Shown piece by piece: positions 1 to 10,414 of a stretch of DNA of 44,058 nucleotides. Position numbers and translations under genes: made by a program. The stretch lies in the NCBI GenBank assembly GCA_048938445.1, contig JBHLME010000020.1, positions 1-44,058 of the forward strand, read 5' to 3'. The stretch comes from Promethearchaeota archaeon. GTDB lineage: Archaea > Asgardarchaeota > Lokiarchaeia > Sigyniarchaeales > SOKP01. Every line of letters begins with the position of its first letter. The stretch's first letter is position 1. Below the pieces are notes generated by a model. The model saw nothing but the letters and a program-made list of their open reading frames with translations. It did no database searches and was not told the DNA's origin.

Positions 1-170
1 AAAGGATTAATTCGGAATATGATTTTTTGATAAATTTTTGATAATCTATGGTTATAGTACAATTCCTAAACGATATATAAATCTTATTTTCTAAAGTTAT
101 CTATAGAATTTTATTTTATTTTCATTCCGATTAAAATATCTTTTTTTTATATTTCTCTTGATAAAGTTTT

Positions 171-214
171 TATACTATATAGGACTATTCTATATAGGAT
201 AGTACTATATAAAA
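171..214. promoter_or_regulatory. Putative operator/promoter of the PNPOx-PNPOx-MarR operon
   Basis: CTATATAGGA at 175 and 190 and CTATATAAAA at 205 (15-bp period); near-perfect palindrome ACTATTCTATATAGGATAGT at 184-203; the third copy is TATA-like, about 40 nt before ATG 253. Confidence 0.55.
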
Positions 215-252
215 CGATCATTTATTAAATTAAAATTAATAACCAGATAAAA

Positions 253-720
253 ATGAAAATTGATTATAACGAATTAAAAGAAGAAATAGAAGATTTTTTC
301 GAGAAAAATAAGACTCTTGTTTTAGCTACTTCTGCTAATGATAAAGTTTCAGCAAGAATGATTGAATTTGTTAACATTGGATTAACATTAATGTTTGAAA
401 CAGATAAAAGGTCTGGCAAGTTCAAGCAAATAATGAAAAATCCCAATGTTGCGGTATGTGCTAAAAATGTTCAAATTGAAGGGATTGCTTCAGTGGGAGA
501 ACATCCGATGGATGGCTCAAATATGCCGTTTATAGAGTTATACAAAAAACACCATCAGTATGCGTTTCAATTATATTCTCACCTCGAAAATTCGATAGTT
601 ATAAAAATTAAACCTACTCTCGTAACACTATGGAAAAATGTTGATGGACAACCATTTCAAGATTTTTTGTTTGTAAATGAACAGAAGGCAGAAAGAGTGT
701 GTTATGACATTAGTAAATAA
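253..720 (+). CDS. Pyridoxamine 5'-phosphate oxidase-like FMN-binding split-barrel protein
   Basis: LVLATS..DKVSARM, F.TDKRSGKFKQIMKNPNVAV pattern. Confidence 0.8.
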   Translation: MKIDYNELKEEIEDFFEKNKTLVLATSANDKVSARMIEFVNIGLTLMFETDKRSGKFKQIMKNPNVAVCAKNVQIEGIASVGEHPMDGSNMPFIELYKKHHQYAFQLYSHLENSIVIKIKPTLVTLWKNVDGQPFQDFLFVNEQKAERVCYDISK

Positions 721-751
721 AAAAGTTAAAAATGAATTATGCTGATAAAAA

Positions 752-1222
752 ATGGAGGAAAATGAAATAAAGAACTTTGTTCTCGAGTTAATGAACAGGA
801 CCAGAGTGGTTTTTTTAACCACGATTAACGGAGATGGCTTGCCAGAAACCAGAGCCATTGATAACTTGCGAAATTCAGATTTATTCCCGAATTGGTCTAA
901 ATGTTTTGAAAGTCATGATAATTTTTTAGTGTATATCTCAACAAATTCTTCTTCTGAGAAAGTTAAACACATCTTAAAAAATCCGATTGTAGCGCTTTAT
1001 TATTGCATTCCTGAAGAATATAAAGGTGTCATGATTCGCGGTCATACTGAAATCATTGATGATATCGAGCTAAAAAATCAAGTCTGGATAAGTAATATGA
1101 AAATTTACTATCCAAAAGGAGCAGGGGACCATGATTTCACTATAATTCAATTAATACCAAATTACATCAGAATATATTATAAATTACAGACACATGCAAT
1201 TGATTTGAGGGATGCGAATTGA
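752..1222 (+). CDS. Pyridoxamine 5'-phosphate oxidase-like (general stress protein 26-like) protein
   Basis: FLTTINGDGLPETRA, STNSSSEKVKHILKNPIVALYY, YYPKGAGD. Confidence 0.8.
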   Translation: MEENEIKNFVLELMNRTRVVFLTTINGDGLPETRAIDNLRNSDLFPNWSKCFESHDNFLVYISTNSSSEKVKHILKNPIVALYYCIPEEYKGVMIRGHTEIIDDIELKNQVWISNMKIYYPKGAGDHDFTIIQLIPNYIRIYYKLQTHAIDLRDAN

Positions 1223-1662
1223 AAAACCAACGAAAAGGGGGATTCTTGGTTGCGAAAATCCATCAACTCGCAGGAAGGATATTTACTAAGATGCTAAAAG
1301 AGTATCAGATAGAGATTAATCCCGCACAAGGACGAATAATGTTTGTTCTTTGGCAAAACGACGAGATATCATTTAAAGAATTAGCAAAAAGGTCTTCTTT
1401 AAGCAAATCAACACTCACGTCGATGCTTGATAGGCTTGAAAAAATGGGTTATGTTAATCGAATTCGTTCAAAAACAGATAGACGAAAAATATTAATCAAG
1501 CTTACTGAAAAAGATAAAAATCTACACGGAAAGTATGTGAAAATATCTCAAGAAATGAATGGAATCTACTACAAAGGCTTCAAAGATAATGAAATAGATG
1601 ATTTTGAAAATTACTTATTCCGAATTTTTAACAATCTCTCAAAATATTCAAAAGACCAGTAA
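1219..1662 (+). CDS. MarR-family transcriptional regulator
   Basis: wHTH ELAKRSSLSKSTLTSMLDRLEKMGYV and DRRKILIKLTEK; TTG start overlaps the upstream TGA. Confidence 0.92.
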   Translation: MKNQRKGGFLVAKIHQLAGRIFTKMLKEYQIEINPAQGRIMFVLWQNDEISFKELAKRSSLSKSTLTSMLDRLEKMGYVNRIRSKTDRRKILIKLTEKDKNLHGKYVKISQEMNGIYYKGFKDNEIDDFENYLFRIFNNLSKYSKDQ

Positions 1663-1776
1663 ATTGTTAATTTTTTAAAAAATTCATCCATTAAGGTTTT
1701 ACATACAAAATATTTCTCAAATTAAAGATCTTGAATATATTACTATCCCAATTATTTACATGTAAAATTTAATGAA

Positions 1777-3357
1777 TTACATAGAACTATTTTTCATTTT
1801 TGTTTTATAATAAAAGACTAAACTCACCACTCCTAAGAATACGAATAACATTATGATATATAAATCAGGTCCTGGGATTGTTGATTGTGGAATATTTAAA
1901 TCTGGTATAGAGGGCATCATGTTAATATAAATTATTATAGAAATATTTTCATGATCTGAACTCTCAACTGTTATTATAATAGTATTTATCCCCCACTGAA
2001 AACCACTTGCTAAAGGATCAAAAATTAAGGTGTATTGCGTTCCATTCTCTTCCATATTGCTTGAAAATCCTGAACCGCATGTAATATTAACAATAGCCGA
2101 GGGAATGTGAAAACCCGTGATGCTATCTTTATATTTTATTGTAAGATTCAAATTATCTCCAACAACATGTATATAAGGGGTGCTATCAGATGTTTTATTT
2201 TGCTGGTTAAGATATATTTCTGTTATGGATTCTCTCGTTTTAATGGTGAGAATAATGACAGCCATACAATCTTCATAAAATCTCTCCTTAATTCTTACAA
2301 GAATATTGTAGCGCCCAACCTCTAAAGTTTCAGAATCTATATCTAAACTCCAAATTCCATTATCAACATGAATGAGTTCCTTGAAAAATGATGATCCTGT
2401 TTCCTCAGATTCTATTTCTGCAAATTTATTAACTGAAGCACTAGTAATCCCTTCTCCTGTTGATGCAACAGAATAGTTAAAATATAATATCTTTTCTTCT
2501 CTAAAAAATATCTCTGATTCTGCTAAAAAGATCTGATATGACATGGTTCCATTTATTTTAGTAGGGATATCGTAAATTCTTATATTTGTGAATAATTGTC
2601 GAGTCTCATAATTTTGTATACTTGCTACAATTTGAATTATATATTCTCTTCCATTGGCTTCTGGAAATAGTGTTGTATTTAATGTTAAGCGATACATTCC
2701 ATTTGCTTGGGGCGTTAATGATCCAATAAGACCAGGAACTGCAGTTATATAGTAATTAACAGTTGCACCATCTAAATCAATTGGTCCAAGCAAACCTTGA
2801 TAATGAACTTCAAGCGAAAAATTATCATTCCAGTATGCCGAAATTAGAGTTGAATTTACAGTTAAATTAGTATTTTTCGGAAATAATCTAAATTGTATTA
2901 AGCAAATCTCTTCTGGAAGTCCATTTTTTTTAGCAATTACTACCATATCATATACACTTGAATTGAGGGTAGCGCCTCCAGAGTCAATCGGTTTAGAAGT
3001 ATCGATCGTTTTATTATAGATTCCAGGAGAAACTTCAGAAAAATTCAATAATTCCGTGCTAATATTAAATGCTTGCCATTGAATATAATAAAATACTGAA
3101 GCATCAATGACGGGTTCAGGAGGAGAACCACTCGTAAAATTAACTGAAAAAGTAATATTTTCCCCTAAAATTTTAATTTCAGGTTCCTTTGGAATTAGAT
3201 TTGAGTTTTTTAGTTTTTGATTAAAATTATCAAATTTTTCTTCATTTATATCCAAATTGGTATCTATAATTACTAATTGATTGAGAATTGAGAATAAACC
3301 GATTGATACAAATAAAATGAAGACAACTAGAATTATTCCTGTCTTTTTTGATTTCAT
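1777..3357 (-). CDS. Membrane-anchored extracellular beta-sandwich protein with C-terminal sorting/anchor segment
   Basis: N-terminal hydrophobic helix, many N-x-S/T sequons, beta-rich repeats, C-terminal IPGPD + TM + Lys tail (Loki-CTERM-like). Confidence 0.75.
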   Translation of the reverse strand: MKSKKTGIILVVFILFVSIGLFSILNQLVIIDTNLDINEEKFDNFNQKLKNSNLIPKEPEIKILGENITFSVNFTSGSPPEPVIDASVFYYIQWQAFNISTELLNFSEVSPGIYNKTIDTSKPIDSGGATLNSSVYDMVVIAKKNGLPEEICLIQFRLFPKNTNLTVNSTLISAYWNDNFSLEVHYQGLLGPIDLDGATVNYYITAVPGLIGSLTPQANGMYRLTLNTTLFPEANGREYIIQIVASIQNYETRQLFTNIRIYDIPTKINGTMSYQIFLAESEIFFREEKILYFNYSVASTGEGITSASVNKFAEIESEETGSSFFKELIHVDNGIWSLDIDSETLEVGRYNILVRIKERFYEDCMAVIILTIKTRESITEIYLNQQNKTSDSTPYIHVVGDNLNLTIKYKDSITGFHIPSAIVNITCGSGFSSNMEENGTQYTLIFDPLASGFQWGINTIIITVESSDHENISIIIYINMMPSIPDLNIPQSTIPGPDLYIIMLFVFLGVVSLVFYYKTKMKNSSM

Positions 3358-3449
3358 TGAATAAGAATAGACGTTGTTTATTATTAAAGGTTGCCGAAAA
3401 TAATCATATAGGTTAGATTTAGACTATTTATTTTGGGTAAAATGAACTT

Positions 3450-4193
3450 CTATACTGTCTTTGTCAACTTAATTTTAGTCTTTTTTAATTCCTTCAATTT
3501 TAAATATTCTGAGTAAACATCTTGATATCCTGACTGCATTTCAGCTACGATTTGATCTAGCTCCTCAAGTGATAACGCAATTTTTAATTTCTCAATTTTT
3601 TCAGAATCATTTTGATCAATGTTAAATTTTTCAAACCATTGTTCAAGTTGTAATTCTATTTGTTTTGGAGACATTGGAGGTTTACTACAAGCAGGATCGA
3701 CAACTGAATTCCAATATTCATCACGTATATCCGAAATCCTCTCTGAAAGAGAATGACGCCAATATTGTCTTAATGGTAATTCTTCTATCCCTTCTGGATT
3801 GAACAATTCTCTTGTTTCAGGATCAAATAATTCAGGATCTGCTAGATATCTACAAATTGAGTATATAAATGAGCCATATTTATCTTCTTTAGCATATTTA
3901 GATAATTCAAAGACTTTAGTACGATGATGCATTGTGACTAAATTATCATAATAAATTCGGTCGAGGATTGTTTTCATATCAATTTCTATCAATTTATTAG
4001 ATGATTGGATTAATGCTCGGTATTCATTAAAATGTCTAATATATTCTTCATGAATTTTCTCAAATTCGGAAAAAATTGGAATAATAAATTCATCAAATAT
4101 TTTTTTATAATTTTTTTTCCTGGATTTAACTAAATACAGAGCTAATTGTGCTGAAAGCTCGACTATTGTTCCAATGAAAAGTTCTAACGCCAT
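3450..4193 (-). CDS. Hypothetical helical protein
   Basis: 247-aa ORF with normal composition; no motif recognised. Confidence 0.65.
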   Translation of the reverse strand: MALELFIGTIVELSAQLALYLVKSRKKNYKKIFDEFIIPIFSEFEKIHEEYIRHFNEYRALIQSSNKLIEIDMKTILDRIYYDNLVTMHHRTKVFELSKYAKEDKYGSFIYSICRYLADPELFDPETRELFNPEGIEELPLRQYWRHSLSERISDIRDEYWNSVVDPACSKPPMSPKQIELQLEQWFEKFNIDQNDSEKIEKLKIALSLEELDQIVAEMQSGYQDVYSEYLKLKELKKTKIKLTKTV

Positions 4194-4362
4194 TTTTAAA
4201 CTTTAGAGTAATTTTTAAAATTCATTAATATAAGATGATATTTAACATTAATGTCCAATTTTATATTATATTTTCTAAACAGAAAATACTCTTCTATTTC
4301 ACCGATTTTATTGTTAATGAGTCAATAGAATTAGTTAAAATATAATTAAAAATAGTCCTCAC

Positions 4363-4406
4363 CTATTCAGCAATCCACCCCGGCGGGACGCAGGGGAAAT
4401 AAATAG
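4363..4406 (-). other. GC-rich intergenic stem-loop of unknown function
   Basis: Minus strand CUAUUUA..CCCCuGCG-ucc-CGCcGGGG..UGAAUAG in otherwise very AT-rich intergenic DNA. Confidence 0.4.
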
Positions 4407-4576
4407 TAAAGAAAAATAAAAACTATTTTCTTTTTTCTAAAAGTTATATTTTTTCTTTGCCTAATTTAGTACTTTCCATCTATCCTTCATAGTGAATATT
4501 GTAGTAATCTATATAAAACAATTCATTGAAATAAATTCATTGAAATCCCCCGATTTAAAATTCGAAGCAATAAAAA

Positions 4577-5614
4577 TCATACATTTGCCATGGTGATTAG
4601 TGCTTGTCCTTTTATTAATTCATCTATAATCTCTTTGGTTAAAACATCAATATCCTTTAAATTAATTTTATCTTGTTCTTTTAATTCCAATAATCTTGTT
4701 TTTAAAGAACCTTGAATAACAGATTTTAATTCTTTCAAGGTAATTTGTTCAAATCGCATAAATGCTCCTAATTGATCTCTGATTGCTAATTTGATCATTC
4801 CTCTTGCTGCTGAAGGACTAAAATTTATTTTTTCTGCCAAGTAATCACCTAAAAAATTTATGATTTGAACAGGTTCTCTTTTCTCTGGTTCTTTGTCTTT
4901 TGATAGTTCATATCCTCTATTTAAAAACTTTTTAAACCAGCCAGGCATTATCCAAGTCAATGAAATAGCTACAGAAAAAACAAGTTGAATAGCTCCAGCG
5001 ATTATTACACTCATAAAACAAGATATTTCAACACAATCAATTAATTCCACGTTCCATGGTTTCAGAAGTAGTGCCAGTGGTCGCGGAATTATAATAATTG
5101 AATATAGGAAGGTGAGTTTATACCTTTTTTTAATCCATGGTTCAATATCTTGATTTTTTATAATTATATAAGCAAAATAAGAAGACCACCCAAGCCAACC
5201 ATAGACTAAGATTAAAATTAATATATTTGTTAAAATGGTTACATAATAAAGTTCCAGAGAATTTGAAATATCTCTCAATAAATAAAAATACGCATTAATA
5301 ATGGATACACCTATTGTTGAGAATAAGATTAATTTAGGTAAAATTTCTTTTTTTTCTCTATGAAATGTTAAATTTGTAAAAAGTACTGCTAAAATAGTGC
5401 CAATTCGTGTTAAAATTATATAAGCTGTGAAAGTTATATTAAAAACTTGTTCTAATAATAGCGTTATTGATGCTAAAATAAAACCTATGCCTCCATAAAT
5501 TAGATTTTTCAGATTAGTTTTATGTGCTCGAACCAAAAGTAAAATTCCTACGATTAATAAGGTTGCTACATAAATTATTGCTAAAATTATAAATATAATT
5601 TTTCCAATATCCAT
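4577..5614 (-). CDS. Multi-pass (about 7 TM) membrane protein with soluble C-terminal domain
   Basis: About 7 hydrophobic helices in the first ~225 aa, followed by a ~110-aa helical cytoplasmic domain. Confidence 0.75.
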   Translation of the reverse strand: MDIGKIIFIILAIIYVATLLIVGILLLVRAHKTNLKNLIYGGIGFILASITLLLEQVFNITFTAYIILTRIGTILAVLFTNLTFHREKKEILPKLILFSTIGVSIINAYFYLLRDISNSLELYYVTILTNILILILVYGWLGWSSYFAYIIIKNQDIEPWIKKRYKLTFLYSIIIIPRPLALLLKPWNVELIDCVEISCFMSVIIAGAIQLVFSVAISLTWIMPGWFKKFLNRGYELSKDKEPEKREPVQIINFLGDYLAEKINFSPSAARGMIKLAIRDQLGAFMRFEQITLKELKSVIQGSLKTRLLELKEQDKINLKDIDVLTKEIIDELIKGQALITMANV

Positions 5615-5890
5615 ATACTAAATACCAAAACGATTTAAGAGATATTTAATAATATCGTTGATTACATATTTAATGCTTATCAATTTTCTTAAATGATTAT
5701 GTTTTTTATACGATCTTTTTATAAAATATTCAATAAAAATTTCCTTTTTTTTTTTAAAGTCAATATTATTTAGTTACCTTTAAATGAATTTTTCTATTTG
5801 TCAAGATTTAAAACAAACTTATTTTATCTGTATTTTGGGATTTTTTAATGAATATATTTTAAAAGTATTATTTTTAAGCGTATAATAGAG

Positions 5891-6925
5891 ATGGCAAGTA
5901 GCGAACTGATTTTGGGCATGTTTTATTCAGATATAAATCATTTAATTCATGATTCCATTAAAGATTCAGAAAATTTTTCTCAAGAAAAGAGGGAGAAGGT
6001 TAGGATGCTTCCTTTTAAGTTCTTAGGACCTGTTTTTTTGACAAGTGGAAGTACGGAAGGATATCAGTGGAAAATTGATTTTATTGAATCCTCCTTATCT
6101 CTATATCAAAAACAAAATCAACATAGCAGTATGCTACAGTCATTTTTTAATCTTAATTCTGTTATAAATACTCCAAATGGTAATACGAATCTTTTTGCAC
6201 TTATTGGAACTCCACATACCGAGGACATTAAAGTCATTCAAGATAAAATGTATGATTATATTCATCCTAGTATTGAACAAGGATTATTGATAAATAAAAA
6301 AAAGTTAGGGGCCAAATTTAGAGATGCTAAGTTTATAGGAGAAGAATTAATTCGCGGTATGAATTTGATCCACTATTATTTAGGTTCTTCTCGAAAGATA
6401 TATTGGGAAGAGCAAGTAAATTATTATTGCATAGGTTTAATTGAAAGAACTTCAAGTAAAGATGATAAAAACTCATATCTTTATACTTTTGATAAGGAGG
6501 AGCCATTGAGAAAGAAATATTTATCTTCAATTCCATCCTATTATGTGATGGCGATATTACCCGATTTTTATGAAAATTTAGTTCAGGAGACCTTAGAATT
6601 ATTTGAAATAACCAATTATTACCCAAATATTAGATTTATTAAATTAAGTAACAATAAAAAGAAAGTCGTATATTTTGAGGAATTTCAAGAATTTAGAGGA
6701 GAAAAAAGAAGTCTTGGACTGATTTTAATCCAAGCTAATGAGGCATCATCAGATTCAAAAAAATTGTCCACTTATAGAAAGGAATTAAGACAAGCTCTCG
6801 ATACTAATAAAAAGGTTGAAGAACTTATAAAAAAAGTTAATTCTTACTTCAGTCTAAAAAAGTGGGGTAATAATGATGAAAATGAACTCAATAAGATCCA
6901 TAGTATTCTTGACAATAGAAATTAA
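5891..6925 (+). CDS. Hypothetical protein (possibly longin/DENN-like alpha/beta fold)
   Basis: 344-aa ORF; only weak resemblance (ILGMFYSD...LGPV). Confidence 0.6.
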   Translation: MASSELILGMFYSDINHLIHDSIKDSENFSQEKREKVRMLPFKFLGPVFLTSGSTEGYQWKIDFIESSLSLYQKQNQHSSMLQSFFNLNSVINTPNGNTNLFALIGTPHTEDIKVIQDKMYDYIHPSIEQGLLINKKKLGAKFRDAKFIGEELIRGMNLIHYYLGSSRKIYWEEQVNYYCIGLIERTSSKDDKNSYLYTFDKEEPLRKKYLSSIPSYYVMAILPDFYENLVQETLELFEITNYYPNIRFIKLSNNKKKVVYFEEFQEFRGEKRSLGLILIQANEASSDSKKLSTYRKELRQALDTNKKVEELIKKVNSYFSLKKWGNNDENELNKIHSILDNRN

Positions 6926-6946
6926 CTAACGGCTATAATTAATATC

Positions 6947-8227
6947 ATGGATGCTAAAGAATTTAAACAACATTATAGAATAAATAGGAAACAATTAATT
7001 GGTTATTATGAAAGAACAAAAAATCGACTTCACGATAAAGATGAAATCGAGGTAATCGCTAATTTTTTAAAACATCAAGCCATAATTGAATTAAATCTCA
7101 ATGAAATCACTTATATCTTAAATTATATTGCTAAACTACTAAAAAAAGATAAAAGTATCATGGATTTTTCCCTTGAATGGATACGAGCTAATGAAATTCG
7201 TCTTAAATATAAAAAATATTTAATAACTACTAGATATCCTGAGGATGATTTTACTATAGCCATTGATGATTGCATTTCTCGATTTTTCCTTGATTATGAT
7301 AAATATATTAGAGAATTTTTTACTGAGATAAAGGAACATGAACTTAGTGCATTATATAATGTATTTTTTAATCGTGCTGATGTTAAATCACGTAGCTTTG
7401 ATGAGATTTTACAATGGCATGAAGATAAAGCACCCACAATATTTGATGATGATAAAAGAATTAATACAAATATCTTCGCTTTACGTTCCGGATTGTCCCA
7501 AATTATAATGCAGGATTATCAAGATGTATTATCTTCAAGAGAAAAAGAGCAGCAAATAAAAGAAGAAAAGAGATCTAAGACCTTTAAGGATGAAGTCCGG
7601 ATAGCTGGTGAATTTCAAGGATTATTACTTGAAAGAATGATAAAAACTTATTGCATCAGTAAAAATAAAATCGCTGCTAAAGAAATCGAAAATGTGGTTT
7701 CCCAATTTTTAACATCTTATTTCAAATTTGGTGTTTTTTATGATTATGATGATTTTAAGGATCAATTAATCCTTGCTTTCGCACGAGACTTACACGAAGG
7801 ATTGACTCCTGCTTATAAAAGAAAATTTATGATAGAAGAATTAAAAGAGCTGGTAATGGATACAATGAATGAATTTCGAGCTATTAATAAAATTAAGGTT
7901 CTCGATGGTTCTGCATGGAAAAATGATATATCAAAATATCTCAAGAAATTCTTAATTGTTTTTACTGATAATCTCTTCGAACCTAAATCTAAACTAATTA
8001 AACCTGCCAAATTAAGACCAGTTGCTCAAGAAATTTTAGAAAAGGAAGAAGGCCCTGACTTTAGGGCGTTATTTGACCTAAATCTTGAAATTGAAGAGTA
8101 TAGAGTGAAATTAGAAGCGTCTTTAGAAGATTCTGGATATGGATTTGTTAAAAAACAAAGCATCATAAGATCAAAAATTCAAGAATTTAGGATGGAAAAA
8201 AGAAGAAATATGATGAAAAAATCTTAA
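6947..8227 (+). CDS. Hypothetical all-helical protein
   Basis: 426-aa ORF, 21 nt after the previous gene, probably co-transcribed. Confidence 0.65.
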   Translation: MDAKEFKQHYRINRKQLIGYYERTKNRLHDKDEIEVIANFLKHQAIIELNLNEITYILNYIAKLLKKDKSIMDFSLEWIRANEIRLKYKKYLITTRYPEDDFTIAIDDCISRFFLDYDKYIREFFTEIKEHELSALYNVFFNRADVKSRSFDEILQWHEDKAPTIFDDDKRINTNIFALRSGLSQIIMQDYQDVLSSREKEQQIKEEKRSKTFKDEVRIAGEFQGLLLERMIKTYCISKNKIAAKEIENVVSQFLTSYFKFGVFYDYDDFKDQLILAFARDLHEGLTPAYKRKFMIEELKELVMDTMNEFRAINKIKVLDGSAWKNDISKYLKKFLIVFTDNLFEPKSKLIKPAKLRPVAQEILEKEEGPDFRALFDLNLEIEEYRVKLEASLEDSGYGFVKKQSIIRSKIQEFRMEKRRNMMKKS

Positions 8228-8334
8228 GATTATAATATTAATGACCGATTTCTTGATTTAGATTTTCATCAATTTGCTAAACCTAATATTTTTTAACCAT
8301 TTTTAATGATTATATCTATAAAGAAATGCATTAT

Positions 8335-8419
8335 GCGGGAATTGCCAAGTTTGGTCAAAGGCGCTGGACTCAGAATCCAGTCTCGTAGGAGTTCGGGGGT
8401 TCAAATCCCCTTTCCCGCA
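8335..8419 (+). tRNA. tRNA-Leu (anticodon CAG), intronless, no encoded CCA
   Basis: Acceptor GCGGGAA/TTCCCGC + discriminator A; anticodon arm CTGGA-CTCAGAA-TCCAG; long variable arm; T arm GGGGG-TTCAAAT-CCCCT. Confidence 0.97.
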
Positions 8420-8510
8420 TTTAATTAAAAAGCACGTTAAAGATTAGATAGTAAATGCTATATTGAATTCAAGTTTTTATTAAATATAATTCTAATTTGG
8501 AGTAATTAAC

Positions 8511-9305
8511 ATGCCTAAAATTAAAGTAAACGGAATTAACTTATATTATGAAGTACGAGGGGAAGGATTTCCAATAGTTATGATAATGGGTTTAACTGCC
8601 AATATTGATTGGTGGGATGAGAGATTAATAAAGGTACTCTCAGAAAATTGGAAAGTCATTCTTTTTGATAATAGAGGTACAGGTCGATCAGATAATGATA
8701 GAGACTTTACACTAAAAGATATGGCAGATGATACTATTGCTTTAATGGATGCTTTAGATATAAAAAAAGCACACGTATATGGATATTCAATGGGAGGAAT
8801 GATAGCCCAAGAATTAGTTTTAGCTTATCCTGATAGAATAAAAAAGCTAATTTTAAGTTCAACTTCTTGTGGTGGAGCAAAATATGTCCCCCCTTCACAA
8901 GAGGTATTAAAAATACTGATGCAAGATAATAGAGGGAAAACACCTTATGAAGTAGTAAAAAATTTCATAAAAATATTATTTACAAAGGAATTTTACACTA
9001 AAAATCCTAAGATTATTGAAGACTTCATTAAAAAAGTATTGATTGCACAGATTAGTTATAGGGAATTTAATCGTCAAATGAAAGCAATATTAGCTTTTAA
9101 AACATATCGGAGATTGAAAACAATAACAACACCAACCTTAGTCATGCATGGTAAAAAAGACATTCTTTCACCATTCCAAAATGGAGTAAATATATCCAAA
9201 TTAATTCCGGGAGCTCAATTAGAATTATTTGAAAACTGTGCTCACCAAATTTTTGAAGAGGAATTTGAAAAGGTAATAAAACCTTTAATTGCTTTTCTAA
9301 AATAA
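8511..9305 (+). CDS. Alpha/beta-fold hydrolase
   Basis: FDNRGTGRS, nucleophile GYSMGG, HGKKD acid, CAH histidine. Confidence 0.93.
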   Translation: MPKIKVNGINLYYEVRGEGFPIVMIMGLTANIDWWDERLIKVLSENWKVILFDNRGTGRSDNDRDFTLKDMADDTIALMDALDIKKAHVYGYSMGGMIAQELVLAYPDRIKKLILSSTSCGGAKYVPPSQEVLKILMQDNRGKTPYEVVKNFIKILFTKEFYTKNPKIIEDFIKKVLIAQISYREFNRQMKAILAFKTYRRLKTITTPTLVMHGKKDILSPFQNGVNISKLIPGAQLELFENCAHQIFEEEFEKVIKPLIAFLK

Positions 9306-9385
9306 AATGAAGGAAATTTAAAAATTACCTTGACTTAATATTAATAAACCATTTTTGACACCACTCAATATTTTGTTTAATAACA

Positions 9386-10093
9386 ATGGGACCTTCTGAA
9401 AAAAGTGATAAAAAATTAAAGGGTCAGATCCCAGAACTCAAGAAAGAGAAAGTAGTAGTATTTCAATTCAATGACCAATTAGGAGAGTTTGAAGAACTAG
9501 AAATTGAAGAGGATTTTCCTCTACATGAACTATTGGATCCTGATTTTATACTATTATTCGTAGACCCTGAAAATTTTAGAGTATGGATTTGGCACGGGAG
9601 TAATACAACAACAAGGATGAAGTTTATATCCGCTAAACTTGCCCCTAACATAAGAGACAAGTATGGAATCGCATTTAAAATAACTGCTTCAGACGATGGT
9701 AATGAGTCATTACCTTTTAAAATAATGGTTGGATTAGAGGAGGCGATAGATGAAGAAGAAATACAAACTGGACCCTCTTATGAAGGAACAGAAGAGGATC
9801 TTGAATTAATTCAATCACTTTCTCGGGAAAAAATATTACTCATACTTGAGAAAATAGAACTTCCAGAGGATTATGAGAGAAAGATGGTCCTTGTAAAAAA
9901 TACACTCTATGGATATAAAGAGTATGAACGGAACTATTTAGGTTCAGTAATAAAAGAAAAAAAATTATTCCTGTTAGAAGAAAAAGTACCTGATGGTACC
10001 TATTTAGCAGAAAATTACGTTCCTAGAATGTTATTTTCCTTCAATAATGTTGTTTTAACGGAATTTCTTCAAAAAAAAGAAGACCCTTCATAA
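9386..10093 (+). CDS. Gelsolin-like domain protein with additional C-terminal domain
   Basis: LLDPDFILLFVD...VWIWHGSNTTTRMKF...DDGNE..F matches the gelsolin-repeat core pattern; acidic linker then a ~90-aa extra domain. Confidence 0.7.
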   Translation: MGPSEKSDKKLKGQIPELKKEKVVVFQFNDQLGEFEELEIEEDFPLHELLDPDFILLFVDPENFRVWIWHGSNTTTRMKFISAKLAPNIRDKYGIAFKITASDDGNESLPFKIMVGLEEAIDEEEIQTGPSYEGTEEDLELIQSLSREKILLILEKIELPEDYERKMVLVKNTLYGYKEYERNYLGSVIKEKKLFLLEEKVPDGTYLAENYVPRMLFSFNNVVLTEFLQKKEDPS

Positions 10094-10124
10094 ATCACAA
10101 TAATATTAAATTAAATACTTTTTA

Positions 10125-10307
10125 ATGAAAAAAAAAATGAGCCATGTAAAGCGTAAACCATCTAAGCATCCAGGAAGATTGGTTAAACATAAATATTCAA
10201 GAAAAAATTTTAGTAAAACTCTTGGTATTATACTTCTTTTAGCATTTGTTTTATTAATAGTTGTATTAAGTGTTATTGCTATAGCCTTATTACCAATTTT
10301 TGCTTAA
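10125..10307 (+). CDS. Small basic single-TM protein
   Basis: Lys/His-rich N-terminus and C-terminal TM helix; fills the gap between co-oriented genes. Confidence 0.55.
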   Translation: MKKKMSHVKRKPSKHPGRLVKHKYSRKNFSKTLGIILLLAFVLLIVVLSVIAIALLPIFA

Positions 10308-10414
10308 AAGGACCTGCATTGAATCTATAACTCAAAAGAATTATAAATAATTCACAATTTCAATTGAGTATACTATTTAATCGAAAACTTAACTAATAAC
10401 GTTTAAAGATTCAA

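Noticed and set aside
8335-8419. tRNA-Leu as integration site of an island
   Set aside because: No integrase, and no duplicated tRNA 3' end was noticed in the window.
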